Shown here one piece after another: positions 39,066 through 52,600 of a stretch of DNA of 64,000 nt. Every line of letters starts with the position of its first letter. Within the stretch, counting starts at the first letter, position 1. Origin of the DNA: Octopus sinensis. Lineage: Eukaryota. Position numbers and translations under genes: made by a program. The stretch lies in contig NC_042997.1 in the NCBI RefSeq assembly GCF_006345805.1, positions 52,018,001 to 52,082,000 on the forward strand, written 5' to 3'. The notes below the pieces were generated by a model. The model did no database searches. It saw nothing but the letters and a program-made list of their open reading frames with translations, and was not told the DNA's origin.

Positions 39066-39299
39066 AAATTAAATGAGATGGCAGGGATTAACTCATTTTA
39101 TGTAGCGAGACATATTTTCTTAGCAACTTCCCAGTCGAAATAATTTCGAAGTAGTCATCGCTTTCATTGATAATAATTAGGATAGGGAGTTGACAGAAAC
39201 TGTAATGAATGAACTAAATACTCAATAGTAATTAAGTCACTCCCCGCGCGACCAAACGTTAACAGCTGACCTTGTCAGAATCTAACGTTTATCTTCCTA

Positions 39300-39515
39300 T
39301 TAGTTTCAAATGTTGGCAAAAAGCCAGCAATATCGAGGGAGGGGTTAAGTCGATTACGTCGATCCCAGAGTTCATCTGGTACTTATTTTATCGACTCCAA
39401 AAGGATGAAGGGCAAAATCGTCCTCGGTGGAATTTGAACTCAGAACATACAGACAGGTGAAATGCCGTTAAACATCTTGTCCACATGCTAACGATTCCAC
39501 CAGCACGCTGCCTTG
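39300..39515 (-). mobile_element. SINE family A, diverged
   Basis: Core ttatcgactccaaaaggatgaagggcaaaatcgtcctcggtggaatttgaactcag. Confidence 0.75.
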
Positions 39516-39685
39516 TCAATAAATATGCATAAATATGTACTGGATGCTTTGGTTGATTATACGCAGCACCAAATTTCATTTATTTTAACTATTGATTAGG
39601 TTTGACGTTCATTTTATACATAATAGATAAGCTATCTGAATGTGCTTGTGTGTGTGTGTAGAGTGAGAGAGGTGGGTAGAAAGAA

Positions 39686-39760
<75 letters not shown>

Positions 39761-39973
39761 CAGAGAGAGAGAGAGAGGGGACAGACAGACAGAAAGACAG
39801 AGATTGAGAGAGAGAGAGAGAAAGAGAGTGAGAGAGATAAGCAATAAGGGAAAGTAAGCGAGGAAAGATATTTTCGATCAGGATTTGAGCTTGCACGTTC
39901 CTCAATATTTTTCTTCTGTCGCAAGTTCAGTGGATTATCTTTGGCCTGATATGGCTTCTACTATACTACTATA

Positions 39974-40017
<44 letters not shown>

Positions 40018-40204
40018 TTACTACTACCACCACTACTACTGCTGCCGCTGAGCGTTTCGTATAAAAAGAAAAAAACGAATGATTCTGTCTGCCAAAAGAT
40101 TTCAATCATGCTATCTGTTTTGTTTTCAACAACAAAATCTTACATCCATGTATAAATATGCTTATGTATTACAGAGTGTATATATCCTTTCTACTCTAGA
40201 CACA

Positions 40205-40540
40205 ACGTTCGAAATTTCTGGGGAGGGGCCCAATCGATTAGATCGACCTCAGTACGCAACTAGTATTTAATTTATCGAACCCCAAAGGAGGAAAAGCAAA
40301 GACAGACAAAATTCTTTACTACCCACAAGGGGCTAAACACAGAGAAGGACAAACAAGGACAGACAAACGGATTAAGTCGATTATATCGACCCCAGTGCGT
40401 AACTGGTACTTAATTTATCGACCCCGAAAGGATGAAAGGTAAAGTCGACCTCGGCGGAATTTGAACTCAGAACGTAGCGGCAGGCGAAATACCGCTAAGC
40501 ATTTCGCCCGGTGTACTATCGTTTCTGCTAGTTCACCGTC
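40205..40540 (-). mobile_element. SINE family A: one partial and one full copy
   Basis: Core and ccacaaggggctaaacacag tail as at 56053-56525. Confidence 0.8.
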
Positions 40541-41125
40541 TTACATAGTGTATGTATCAAAATGCTTATGTATATATAATCATATATCTGAACACATGTA
40601 GCAAGTATCTAGTTGTGATTGCAATATACAAAAGTCTATGACTTATTTTTACAATATATACTCGTGGGTCTATGCTGGACGTTATGATCAAACGGTTTCA
40701 AGATTCGGCAGTATCATACGTAGTCCGAATGTACTTTCACAGCTCAGTTCCATAATAGATGGTGTGCGTCATTGTCACGGCCAGCCCACTCTATTCCTTG
40801 TTGTCTCTCTATTATCATTAACATAGACCTTATTTTCTGGCAAAGACAAAAGTAATTCCGAAGGCGGTAGCAATCCCAAATACGCATGGTGATGTTTTAG
40901 TCGTTCGCTTTTTTTTTTTGTTTTGTCTTGTTTTTTTTTTTAATATTTTGTCGCAGATTTATTTGGATCAAAGACTGAGTAATAGCTTTCAGTCATATAT
41001 TAACTATATAAATGGAACTCGATGCTCTCAAATCTCTCCTTTTGGTCAGATTGAGAAATCGACAGAGAAGTTGGGAGTATTTATCAGCCATGAATTGACT
41101 CTATAAACGAAACAAATAAACTACC

Positions 41126-41201
<76 letters not shown>

Positions 41202-41856
41202 GCTTAGAACTCGTCTAGAACGAAGAATCGGCAGAATCATTCACTATATATTCTTGTTTCAGCTGGTCGTTGTAAAGACAGATTTCAACGAACATTATAG
41301 AGTTTACATTTCGGTGAATTAAAATATTCCATCAGACTAAATTATTTATATGCATGAATCTCACATTTCAAACTTATTAATCACACGCACGCACACACAC
41401 CCACACACACACACACACACCACACACACACACACACACCCCACACACACACACACACACACCAACACAACCACACAAACAACACCAACACCACACACCA
41501 CAACACACAATATATATATATAATATAAATATATGCATATATACACATACATATATACATATATGTACATACCTACATATATATGTATATATATACATGC
41601 ATATATGGGTACAGGACACAAAAAAAACATAGACAAAATGAGAAACGAGGACATAAAAAACAAAAACATAGAAAACGAAGTTTTTTTCGAACAACGAAAG
41701 AAACAAGCAAATAGAGAAACTAGACAGGCAGCATAAAAAGCATTCCCTTCATCAGTTGTCCTCTGTTTTATCTACTCCGCGTTTCGGTGGAAGAAAGAAA
41801 GATGGATAGCCGTTGGTCACGTGTGAGCAACGAGAGGGTTAAGGAGGAAGAGTGAA

Positions 41857-41887
<31 letters not shown>

Positions 41888-42061
41888 AACGGTGAAGGGG
41901 AAAGGAGAAGAATAGGGAAAGGGTGGGAGAGAAAAATAGAAACGGAGAAGAACAAGAAAGGGAGATAGAAAAAATAGAGATAGAACAGGAGTGCGCATCG
42001 TAATTATTAAGATAAAACTACTTATTGGAAATGGATGCGTGGCGTTCGATCATATAATAAT

Positions 42062-42094
<33 letters not shown>

Positions 42095-42960
42095 CTATAC
42101 TAAGTATAATATATATCTTGCATATTATATGTGTGTGTTGCAAGAGATGAAGACAAAAGAAATACGGAAAATAGGTTTAGACATATAAGGACACGTATAT
42201 GCTCACTGTTCATTAGTTACCGACCAAAAAATCATCACAATTTCGTGCAAATTTGTATTTAGAACGCAACAATAGAAACATTGGGAAATATTTTTTCAAT
42301 AAATAATGGGTGGCAATATGTGTTTTTTGTGGGGTCTGGGAGCGGCAAACGAAAGGGCTGCCCCGGGCGACACACACTTTAGCTATGCTAGTGGTTAGAT
42401 GGGTGCTGAGGAGGAGGAGGAGGAAAAACCCCTGAAATATGGCATATACACTCATTACCCATTTTTGTCTCCGATCTTATTGTTTGTTTACATCTAACGT
42501 CTCGATATGTTGTAGCTGGCTACAATTCCTGTAGAAATAACCTTAAAAACATAATTTATCATTTAAGTATATATGCGTATGTCTAGATATGCAACTTTAT
42601 GCATGGGAATACATACATAAAACAAAACATACAAATCAGCACATACATACATGCATACATACATACATTCAAAAATACCCTGTTGATGTTATTGAAATTC
42701 CAATGAAAGAGACTTGGATCTAGATTTGAAAGCGGCTTTTCTTTACTCGGATGAAATCTTGAATTAAAACTAAATAATGCGATACATACATACATCGAAT
42801 CATGCCTGGAGACTGAGCCCACAGGCGAAACTCAAAGTAGCATGAGACAGACTCGACCAAAATAATAGAATTGGTGAAACTCTATTGTGGTATCGAGTAC
42901 TCCTTTTCAGACAGTCAACAGTAAGCCTGTATGTGTGTGTGTATGTACGCGTGTGTGTGT

Positions 42961-43012
<52 letters not shown>

Positions 43013-43142
43013 GTGTGTGTATAGCTAAGAATAGCTACAATAGCGACAACATCTTCTTGTTCTGTTAAAGTAATCAGAAAAATTAGTACTAGTGCCCAAA
43101 TGATTAAATATTCTATTCATTCTGCAGTTGATGATATATCAG

Positions 43143-43214
<72 letters not shown>

Positions 43215-43261
43215 AATATATGTATATATATATATATATATCTATATCTTATATCTCTTTC

Positions 43262-43298
<37 letters not shown>

Positions 43299-43550
43299 AT
43301 TTTTATATATGTATATTTTTGTGTATATGTGTTGTATATCTTGTATATTGTTTATGGTTTTATATTATAATTTTTTAAATATCTCTTTTTGTTTATTTTT
43401 TGTGTATTGTATTTATTTTTTTGTATCTTTTTTTGTTGCCGTGTGTAAATAGTTATTGTTATATATTTATTTGTGTCTGAGATTGTACTGTAAGCTATAT
43501 ACTTTTTTTATATTATTATTTTATCTATTGTAGGTTATTATTATATTGTT

Positions 43551-43592
<42 letters not shown>

Positions 43593-44676
43593 TAGATAGA
43601 TTATATATATATACTATATATAATATATAATATTGTGTTGCATGTGTGTGTGTGTGTTGTGTGTGTGTGTTGTGTGTGTGTGTGTGTATATATGAGATAA
43701 GACAATAATAAATCACGAACGAGGTTGGGTTAAATAGTAACTGCACGACAATGTGAGGATATTGGCAAATACCTTAGGGCACATTCAGTGTGCCTAAAGC
43801 CAGCTGGAGGAGATGTACTCCTGGGGCTACAGCTACAGTAACACCCATTCTAGGTTAGCCATATGAGATGGCAACTATACCTTTTATTATATAGTATATA
43901 TATATATTATATATATATAAAATATATCTTATAATATTATATATATTTATGAGATAGATAGATAGATAGTAGATAGATAGATAGATAGATAGATAGATGG
44001 GTAATAGATAGATAGATAGATAGATAGATACACATGCATACATGCATACACTTGTGAATGATGTGTATTTGTGGGGCGGGGTGTATACATTGTGGAAGAA
44101 CCTCAAGACACAACTGTCGTTGGGTTTAATGGTTTTTACAGTTACGGGCTGTTCAATTTTTTTTTAACAGTCATTCATGCTTAAATTGAAACAGTAACAC
44201 TCCTAAGTCCATTAACGAATTCTGGCCTCAGCTTCACCTTTATAATGAAATCGTAACAGAGGAGGTGTACGGTATTCGCGCGCTTTAGTGTAGGTGGCAA
44301 AGAATCATGGGAAATTGTTATAAACCTCAATGCAGATGATTCAACTTTTAACCTCTAGTAAATTTCATGGTGCCTTCTACATGTGCTAAGTCTGGGCGTC
44401 GGGTTTTGTATACTGCTATGTAAAAAAAAATCTGCCATGGTTTTTTTCCAATATTTTTCTATCTAATTATATGTGCGCGTGTGTGTACGTATGTTTGCAT
44501 AAATGTATGTATGTATGTGCTTTATATATATAAATAATATATATATATATAGATATATATATGTGTGGTGTGTGTGTGTGTCGTGTGTGTGTATGTATGT
44601 ATGTATGTATGTATGTATGTATGTATGTGTGCATATATATATATATGTATGTATGTATGTATGTATATATATAATA

Positions 44677-44712
<36 letters not shown>

Positions 44713-44718
44713 TGTATG

Positions 44719-44755
<37 letters not shown>

Positions 44756-45821
44756 CTATCTACACAAACAGACGCACACACAAACACACTTACAAACACA
44801 AACACATACACACACATATGCTCACACATACACACACATGCGCACACACACAAACATATTTACACACACACACATATACACACAATACACACACACATAC
44901 ACACACAGGCATGGAAACATTCCAGTTTTAATTTCGTGTTAAGCTGTAATGTAGGCGAGCCAAAATTCTAAGGAAACACCTCTCGAGGGTCGTTCGGCTG
45001 TAAGTGCAGCCTTATCTATGAATGAATAGCAACAGGCAACTCAGTATTCTGCCCATGTGACTATTGTATAACGTGTAACATGATGTCAGCAATATAGCTT
45101 TGAGTGCCGCGCCGTCGTTGGTCGCTGCTTATAATGAAAAAATAAAATTTTCCGTTTCATTGTAGGAAGAATAGATAACAGAAAAAGAAAAAGAAAGCTA
45201 AGCTTATGTTATTACAACGGCTCACCCTCGTATAGTAAACAATACTGATGTGCCACAGACTATTATTTCTCAGTTCAACTGTTACTTTAAAGTGTCGCAG
45301 TTTCAACGCTCGCTTATCCCATTACGCGTAACAGACGTGTAACATTCCTTCCGACTTTTCCACAGGAAGTTACTGTACTGAAAGAAGATAAGATCAGATA
45401 TTAATGCTTGTCTTTCTTTCTTTTTTTCCTTCATTTTCTTTTTCATTCAATGTATGTTTATAATTAACTGCGAGTGAAATACTACTTAGACGCCGCTGTC
45501 AAGAGCGCATTAGCAACAATTGTAGGTGATACAACACCTCAAACGAAAATTTGATGAAAAGAAAATCAAGAAAAACTAGTTGATATCATAAAACGTCAAC
45601 TCATACCAACACGCACGCACATATATTATACAGCAAGAAAGAGGGAGTCCGAGAGAGAGAGAGAGAGAGAGGGTTTCATTTATTATACATTTTTGTGAGC
45701 ATATCTATATATAAATATACGTGCATGTGTTCGCGCGTGCATATAAATACAAACACTAAAAATCAAAACAAAAACCCCCCAAAAAAACCTCAGCCGAATC
45801 AAGCACTCTTAAAAAAGGAAT

Positions 45822-45999
45822 ATGTCAAACGACCCGACAGACGATAAAACCGATGTAGATAAAACCGATGAGGACGGAGATTTAAATAAAAGAGAAAAGT
45901 GGTCGCGTAACATAGACTTTTTATTGGCGTGTATTGGATTCTCCGTGGGACTTGGCAATGTCTGGCGATTCCCGTATCTCTGTTACAGAAACGGTGGCG
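45822..45999 (+). CDS. First coding exon of an SLC6 sodium/chloride-dependent neurotransmitter transporter (taurine/creatine/GABA-transporter-like)
   Basis: MSNDPT...[37 protein letters not shown] carries the SLC6 TM1/TM2 signature W..K.DF.....[20 protein letters not shown] phase-1 donor G|GTAAGT lies at 45999/46000. Confidence 0.95.
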
Positions 46000-46119
46000 G
46001 TAAGTGCCTTTTACAGTTATATTAATCATAGCACTCTTATATAATTGGTTGGATCATGTGCTTGCTTTGGCATACACCGTTGCAAACATAAATATAAACA
46101 TAAGCCCACAGACACGTGC

Positions 46120-46127
46120 AGAATATA

Positions 46128-46190
<63 letters not shown>

Positions 46191-46207
46191 TATAGATATA
46201 TATATAG

Positions 46208-46243
<36 letters not shown>

Positions 46244-46523
46244 CACATGTGTTATATATATATATTGATATAAATGTATAAGGTGTTTATGTATATATAT
46301 ATATATAATATCTATATATATATTAATATATACATAGTATATGTATATAGACATAATATATACATAGTATTATATATAACTATACATATATATAAATAAT
46401 ATATATGTACGCACACACACAAACACATACATATACATATCTATTATATATATATATATATATATATATATCCATTACACATACATACACGTGCATATAT
46501 ATTTACACATACACACACATACA

Positions 46524-46567
<44 letters not shown>

Positions 46568-47676
46568 ATCTATCTATCTATCAATATATATACACACACA
46601 CATATATACATACACTCTCTTTCTTTCTCTCTCACGCACACACACACATACACATGCATATGCATAACGTAAAAGAAGCGATACATTTGCGCGTGTGTGT
46701 GTGTATGTATGCATCATTTATTTTACTAAGTGTTGTCCTAAGAGTAGATTACACCATAAATGATACCGCGAAAATATTAGGTTTAAAAAATCACATTTGA
46801 CAAAAAAAAAAAATCTCGAAGATGCCTGTGGGGCACGAAACAACATCGTTTGTAGACAAATCCAATGTCCTACCATTATATATATATAATATATATATAT
46901 ATATTATTATATATATTATATGTATGCATTTATGTATGTATGCATTTATGTATGTATGTATGATGTATGTATGTATGCATGCATGTATATGTGTATCTAT
47001 ATATATATATATATATATATTATAATATATATATATATAGTTATATATGTATGTATTATGATATAATATATATATGCATGCATGTATGTATATATATATA
47101 TATATATATCTATATATATATATCTGTATGTATATATGTATGTAGATATATATATATATATATTCATGTATATCTGTATACATACATACATACATACATA
47201 CATAATGCATGTCTACATACATACATACACACATACACGCATGCATGCATGCATACATACATACATACATACATACATACATACATACATACATACATAC
47301 ATAAATGCCAAATATATCTTCGTACATGTATTTACAATAATTAAGTAATTAAATAAATATGTTAAATAAATAAATGATGACCCAAGTGCAGGAGGATAAC
47401 GTTGTATCATAGTAAAACAGACAGTAAAAAAATTTAATGTAACATAATAATAATAATAATATAATAATAATAATAATTTTTAATATGGCATGATAGTGAC
47501 TTGAAAAATTAGCGCAGTGCTTCTATCATAAAGCGTTGTATATACAGTGTCGCTGTAACCAGGTGGGTTACTTAGACTATTAGGTTCAGGCATGCATGGG
47601 TGAGTCTTTAACGAGTTCGCTTCCCAACTACGTGGTTTCGGGTTCGGTTCTACTACGTGGTAGATATATATGTATA

Positions 47677-47708
<32 letters not shown>

Positions 47709-47836
47709 CACACATACATACATACATACAAACATACATATATGTATGTATGTGTGTTCTTTTACTCTTTTACTTGTTTCAGTCATTTGACTGTGGGCAT
47801 GTTGGAGCACCGCCTTTATATATATGTATGATATAG

Positions 47837-47907
<71 letters not shown>

Positions 47908-47960
47908 TGTGTGTGTGTTGTGGTGTGTGTGTGCGTATATATAATAATATATATTATATA
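46120..47960. repeat. Compound microsatellite field, (TA)n/(CA)n/(TATC)n/(TATG)n; representative of dozens of such tracts in the window
   Basis: Directly visible; explains the YI/HT/CV-repeat ORFs. Confidence 0.95.
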
Positions 47961-48289
47961 TATACATGTATGTATGTGTGTGTGTATGTGCTATCATAAC
48001 TTCATTCGGGAGTTAACCCACGAGTTTACACTATTAAATTCGTCTATGGGTCCAGGCTATCAGTCAGATAGTAATCGAGAGACTTTGCAGCTAAATTTTA
48101 TTATCATATATTACATATATGATAATAAGATTTTATAAAATTTTGCTGGGAAATTTTTAGAATAATATAAACAATTATTTACATGAAAGAAAATCACCGG
48201 TGAACCCTCATCCAACTATTCCAAATCCTTCTGTCAAAACTGTATTGAAACCATTTGTGGGAATTTTTTCTTTTTTTTTTTTTTTCATC

Positions 48290-48625
48290 ACAGCAACTAA
48301 GTTTGACGGAACCTACTGAAGCAAGCCAGCACTCTCGTAGCATTACCACGGGCGATTGCGAGGCTAAAGCGTTGGGATGGCCAAGTGCCCTCACGGGCAT
48401 CACCTGACACCTCGGTCAGGCGAGCTGCCAACATTGACAAGAACTTCGCAGTTAGTGGCCCAGTCCCTCCGAACGTCTCAAACGTCACAGGTTGGAAGAG
48501 ATAGTTTAGTGTCAGGTCCCGAGGGTTTTCTTCCGTTCGGCTACGGAAGCAGTGACCCTCCCATTAACTGCAGCGTCCAGGATGTGGGAGGGAGTAAGCA
48601 CCTGCCCGAAAATCCACAAATATCC
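48290..48625 (-). mobile_element. CRE-clade non-LTR retrotransposon 3' fragment
   Basis: NYLFQPVTFETFGGTGP...QRFSLAIARGNATRVL matches the CRE C-terminal P...ET.G and QR.S.A..RGNA motifs. Confidence 0.7.
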
Positions 48626-48745
48626 ACAAAAATAATCTTACCGCGGATAGTTATACACAGTATAACACTTGAATACACACACACACGCACGCACATATAT
48701 AAACACACGCATACGTACACACACACACACATATATATATATATA

Positions 48746-48806
48746 AATCCTTAAATCCTTAAAAATGTTTTAGCCCGAAGGCCGCGGCCATGCTGGGGCA
48801 CCACCG

Positions 48807-48808
<2 letters not shown>
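48746..48808 (-). mobile_element. Extreme 5'-truncated copy (~60 bp) of the CR1 LINE at 52597
   Basis: Essentially identical to 52600-52663; flanked by (TA)n. Confidence 0.85.
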
Positions 48809-48845
<37 letters not shown>

Positions 48846-49704
48846 AACTGAGAGAGAGAATACATTTACACTTATACATGCATATATGTGTGTGCATGCG
48901 TGTGTATGTGAATTTGTGTGTCTATGTGTTTGTGTTTGTCACTCACCGCTTGAGAGACACACGTTAGCAGTTTGACCAAAAGAGGCCGATATACTAAGTG
49001 TGAGCTTTAAATAGTAATTACATCATGTTGGTCGCCCCCAGCTTATCAAGGCTCCAGCATGATCGCAGTGCAATGACTAAAACAAGTAAAAAGAATAATT
49101 CTTGTAGATTCGTCGCAAAAGAAATAATCTTTGTAACTAGAATATTTGTATTTCGATATAGACACATTTGCATCAGTACCATTCGGCCGCGATGTGAAGA
49201 TAACGCCCGTAAAATATAATGACAATAATATCTGGATACGTTACACAAAGTCGTGACAGATGGACTCTGTTGCATACAGTCAGATTGCTAAGCAATGTGG
49301 AAGAGGATAGGACTGTGCTGTAAGCAGTCAGATTGTTAGGCAATATGGAAAATATTGCTGTACAAGTATTTATAGATTGAGTGTAGGGAGACTTTTAGTA
49401 TCGGGTATGAATTGCAAGTGCATAAGAAGCAGTGAGGGGCGCATCTTTCATTTAGATTCATAGATATGCAGCATATATTAGAAGAGTTTCTAAGCGGATG
49501 GTTTTACAGATGAATTTAGGTGAAGTTATGTAATTACATCAATGTATATAGATGTATAAATATATATATATATGCATACAGATGTGTGTACATACGCATA
49601 TGCTCATACATATGTATATAAATATACATGCGTATGCGTGTGTGTGTGTATGTATGTATATATATATATATATGTATGAATGTATATATTCAAGTATTAT
49701 GCGC

Positions 49705-49842
49705 CCCCCACCCCTACCGTAGCCTCGTGGAGCTTTAGGTGTTTTCGCTCAATAAACACTCACAACACCCGCTCTGGGAATCGAAACCGCGATCCTACGA
49801 CCGCGAGTCCGCTGCCCTAACCACTGGGCCATTGCGCCTCCA
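49705..49842 (-). mobile_element. tRNA-headed SINE fragment
   Basis: ggcgcaatggcccagtggttagggc...ggtttcgattccc contains A and B boxes but no closed acceptor stem. Confidence 0.75.
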
Positions 49843-50075
49843 CACACACACACACATATATAAGTTCCATTAGTGATTAAATAACCCTCATTAAGGGATT
49901 AATATCCAGTGAATTTACTGGTTTCTTACCTATTATTTATTTTGAATATTAATTTTAATACTGAAATATAAGTAATTAAATAAACCGGAGTTTATATTTA
50001 AGAAAAATAAGAACATGTTTCTGTAATTAATAAATATAATTATTAATTGATTTATCTCTGTTTTCTTATTTTTCT

Positions 50076-50235
50076 TATATATGCGTGGCTATGTGGTAAG
50101 AAGCTTGCTTCCCAACCACTTGGATCCGGTCTCGATCCTAGTGGGTGGAATATTGGGCAAGTGTCTTCTACTATACTACGAATAAAACACTGTGGGCGGA
50201 TTTGACAGACAGAAACTGAAAACCTGTCGTATATC

Positions 50236-50279
<44 letters not shown>

Positions 50280-50482
50280 GTATATACGACAGGTTTCAGT
50301 TTCGTATATGTATATATATACGTATATACGACAGGTTTCAGTTTCTGTCTGTCAAATCCGCCCACAGTGTTTTATTCGTAGTATAGTAGAAGACACTTGC
50401 CCAATATTCCACACGCTAGGATCGAGACCGGATCCTAGTGGTTGGGAAGCAAGCTTCTTACCACATAGCCACGCATATATAT
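50076..50482. repeat. Inverted duplication of a diverged SINE-B head centred on (TA)n
   Basis: Both arms share private variants (ggatccggtctcgatcctag, tatactacgaataaaacactgtgggcgg) not seen in other SINE-B copies. Confidence 0.9.
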
Positions 50483-50607
50483 ATATCACCGTGATCACCG
50501 TGACCGACCAGGCTATCAGATGTTGCTACACATCGCTGGTCACAATGCGTTTCGCATTGTTTTAGCCTTTAAATGACGCTACCCCGCTGGCTAAGCGAGC
50601 AGGCTAA

Positions 50608-52513
50608 TCTCTATATATAAAACTTCTCTATATATAAAACTGAAATGCGTTTGGACCGCTTGGATCGCTTTCAAGGCCACTACATCCCGTCGGATTGACT
50701 CCAAAATTTACAGGGACATGTAAAATGAGGTGACGATGCCCGTGGGCTACGTTAGAAATCCCTATCTTAAAAGGTGTCGTTGCTAGGGCCACTTTGACAA
50801 GTCCACTCCCATTCTTTAATGTATCTGTCTTCCTCACTCACTCACGCTATTTCCTCCCTTCCCAGCACTTTTTCACTCACTCTATTTCCTACCTTCCCAT
50901 CACTTTCACTTCGTCAAACGGTGTTATCTCGCTGTCTGCATCATAGAGAGAATTATCATCGTCACCACAAACACACGAGCATGAGAACAAATATTATGAA
51001 TCAGATATTTATTGCGTTCATTTATATGTGTGTGTGTGTGTTCGATATATAAATATGTATATATAATGTATATATACAAAGTGTATATATCTGTATTTAA
51101 AGTGTATGTATCTGTATTTATGTATATTAAACTTTTTAATACATTTTGATAGTTATATATATTTTTAAACAAATTATAAATATTATTTAATAATTTTTAT
51201 TTTAAATTTTTTAATTTTATATTTTATATATTTTATATATTGTATTTTAATTTTTATGTTTTTGTTTTGGGTTTTTCACTGTTTGATTTGCCTATTAGTG
51301 GTTTTATCTCTAATTTAATTTATACATATATATATATATATAATTTGTATACATTTGTATATATAATGCGTGCACACACAAACACACACACACACACACA
51401 CATATATTTTCCCCTCAAATGAAAGGCGTGACCTCTAGGACAAAATTCCTCGTCTTATAAAATGTGGCCCCGGTACACCCGAATGAAATCGGGTTATATT
51501 AACCAAAATGTGAAAAGGGGTCTAAATGGGGCTGGAAGGGGATTAAAATTTAAAGGAGCGGATGTTTAGGAATTCTCTGTTACCTCAAGCTAAAAAATTT
51601 GCGCCAGCCTTTTAATCGTCAATGTGTTGCCGTCCATGATGAAGAAGTTTTGAATGCTTGCCATGGTGAGTCTACTGTCGTGAGAAAGAATCACTTCAAA
51701 AATTGGTGTTTACCAATTTTCTTTTACATCAAGTTCAAAATTTTACGCCAGACGTTAAACTGTCAATACGTTGCTGTCCGTCGTTAAGAAATGCCAGCCA
51801 TGGTGACTCTACTATCCTCAGATTCTATCCCTTCAAACTTTGGTTTCCGATATTTTATTTTTTTATTCAGCTCGAAAGTTCGTCTGTCCCTTTTAAATGT
51901 TAGTGTTTTGCTTGTCTGCCTTGAAGCAGACCTTTCCGTTGCCACTGCCTGATATTTATGATTGATCTTTCTAAATATTTTATTTCTCAACTTACTCAAG
52001 ATCTTTTGTTGTTTATAAATGGGAGAGAGATAGATAAAGATAGAGTAAGAGAAAGCGAGGGAGAGTCCGAGAGAAAAGAAAAGTAAGAGAGTGGGAAAGT
52101 GAAAGAGAGGAGAGAGAAACAAAGAGGGAGAATCATCATCATCATCATCGTTAACGTCCGTTTTCCGTGCTAGCACGGGTTGGACAGTTTGACCGGGGTC
52201 TTGGGAAGCCAGGATGCTGCACCAGGCTCCAGTCCGATCTGGCAGTGTTTCTACAGGTGGATGACCTTCCTAACGCGTCAACCACTATGTGAGTGTAGTG
52301 GGCGCGCTTTTTTTTCAATGCGCCGGCACAGGTGCCAGGGGGGCTCGCAGCGGCAACGATCGGTTGGTGCTTTTTCCGTGCCACCGGCACAGAAGCCAGT
52401 CAGGCGGCGCTGCAATCGACCACGTTCGGATGGTGCTTTTTACGTGCTGAAAGGAAGCAACAGAAGTAACAAACTCACTCTTACCCGCGCGTAGAGCGGG
52501 TCACCTCAGCTAG
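50608..52513 (+). mobile_element. Non-autonomous Helitron (~1.9 kb)
   Basis: A|TCTCTATATATAAAAC start (duplicated at 50625); end acccgc-gcgtaga-gcgggt hairpin then CTAG|T. An internal ~130-bp direct repeat lies at ~51595-51850. Confidence 0.75.
52132..52445 (-). mobile_element. RTE-like retroposon 3' end with (GAT)n tail, nested in the Helitron
   Basis: (cat)n-cgttaacgtccgttttcc..ctagcacgggttggacag is typical of RTE-derived ends; recognition from memory. Confidence 0.55.
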
Positions 52514-52564
52514 TATATATATATATATATATTATATATATATATAATATATATATATATATAT

Positions 52565-52596
<32 letters not shown>

Positions 52597-52600
<4 letters not shown>

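Noticed and set aside
42800-42830. ctgagcccacaggcgaaactc as a hammerhead
   Set aside because: Lacks a complete CUGANGA box and stem I.
49765-49842. tRNA gene
   Set aside because: The acceptor stem does not close and the sequence continues into a SINE body.
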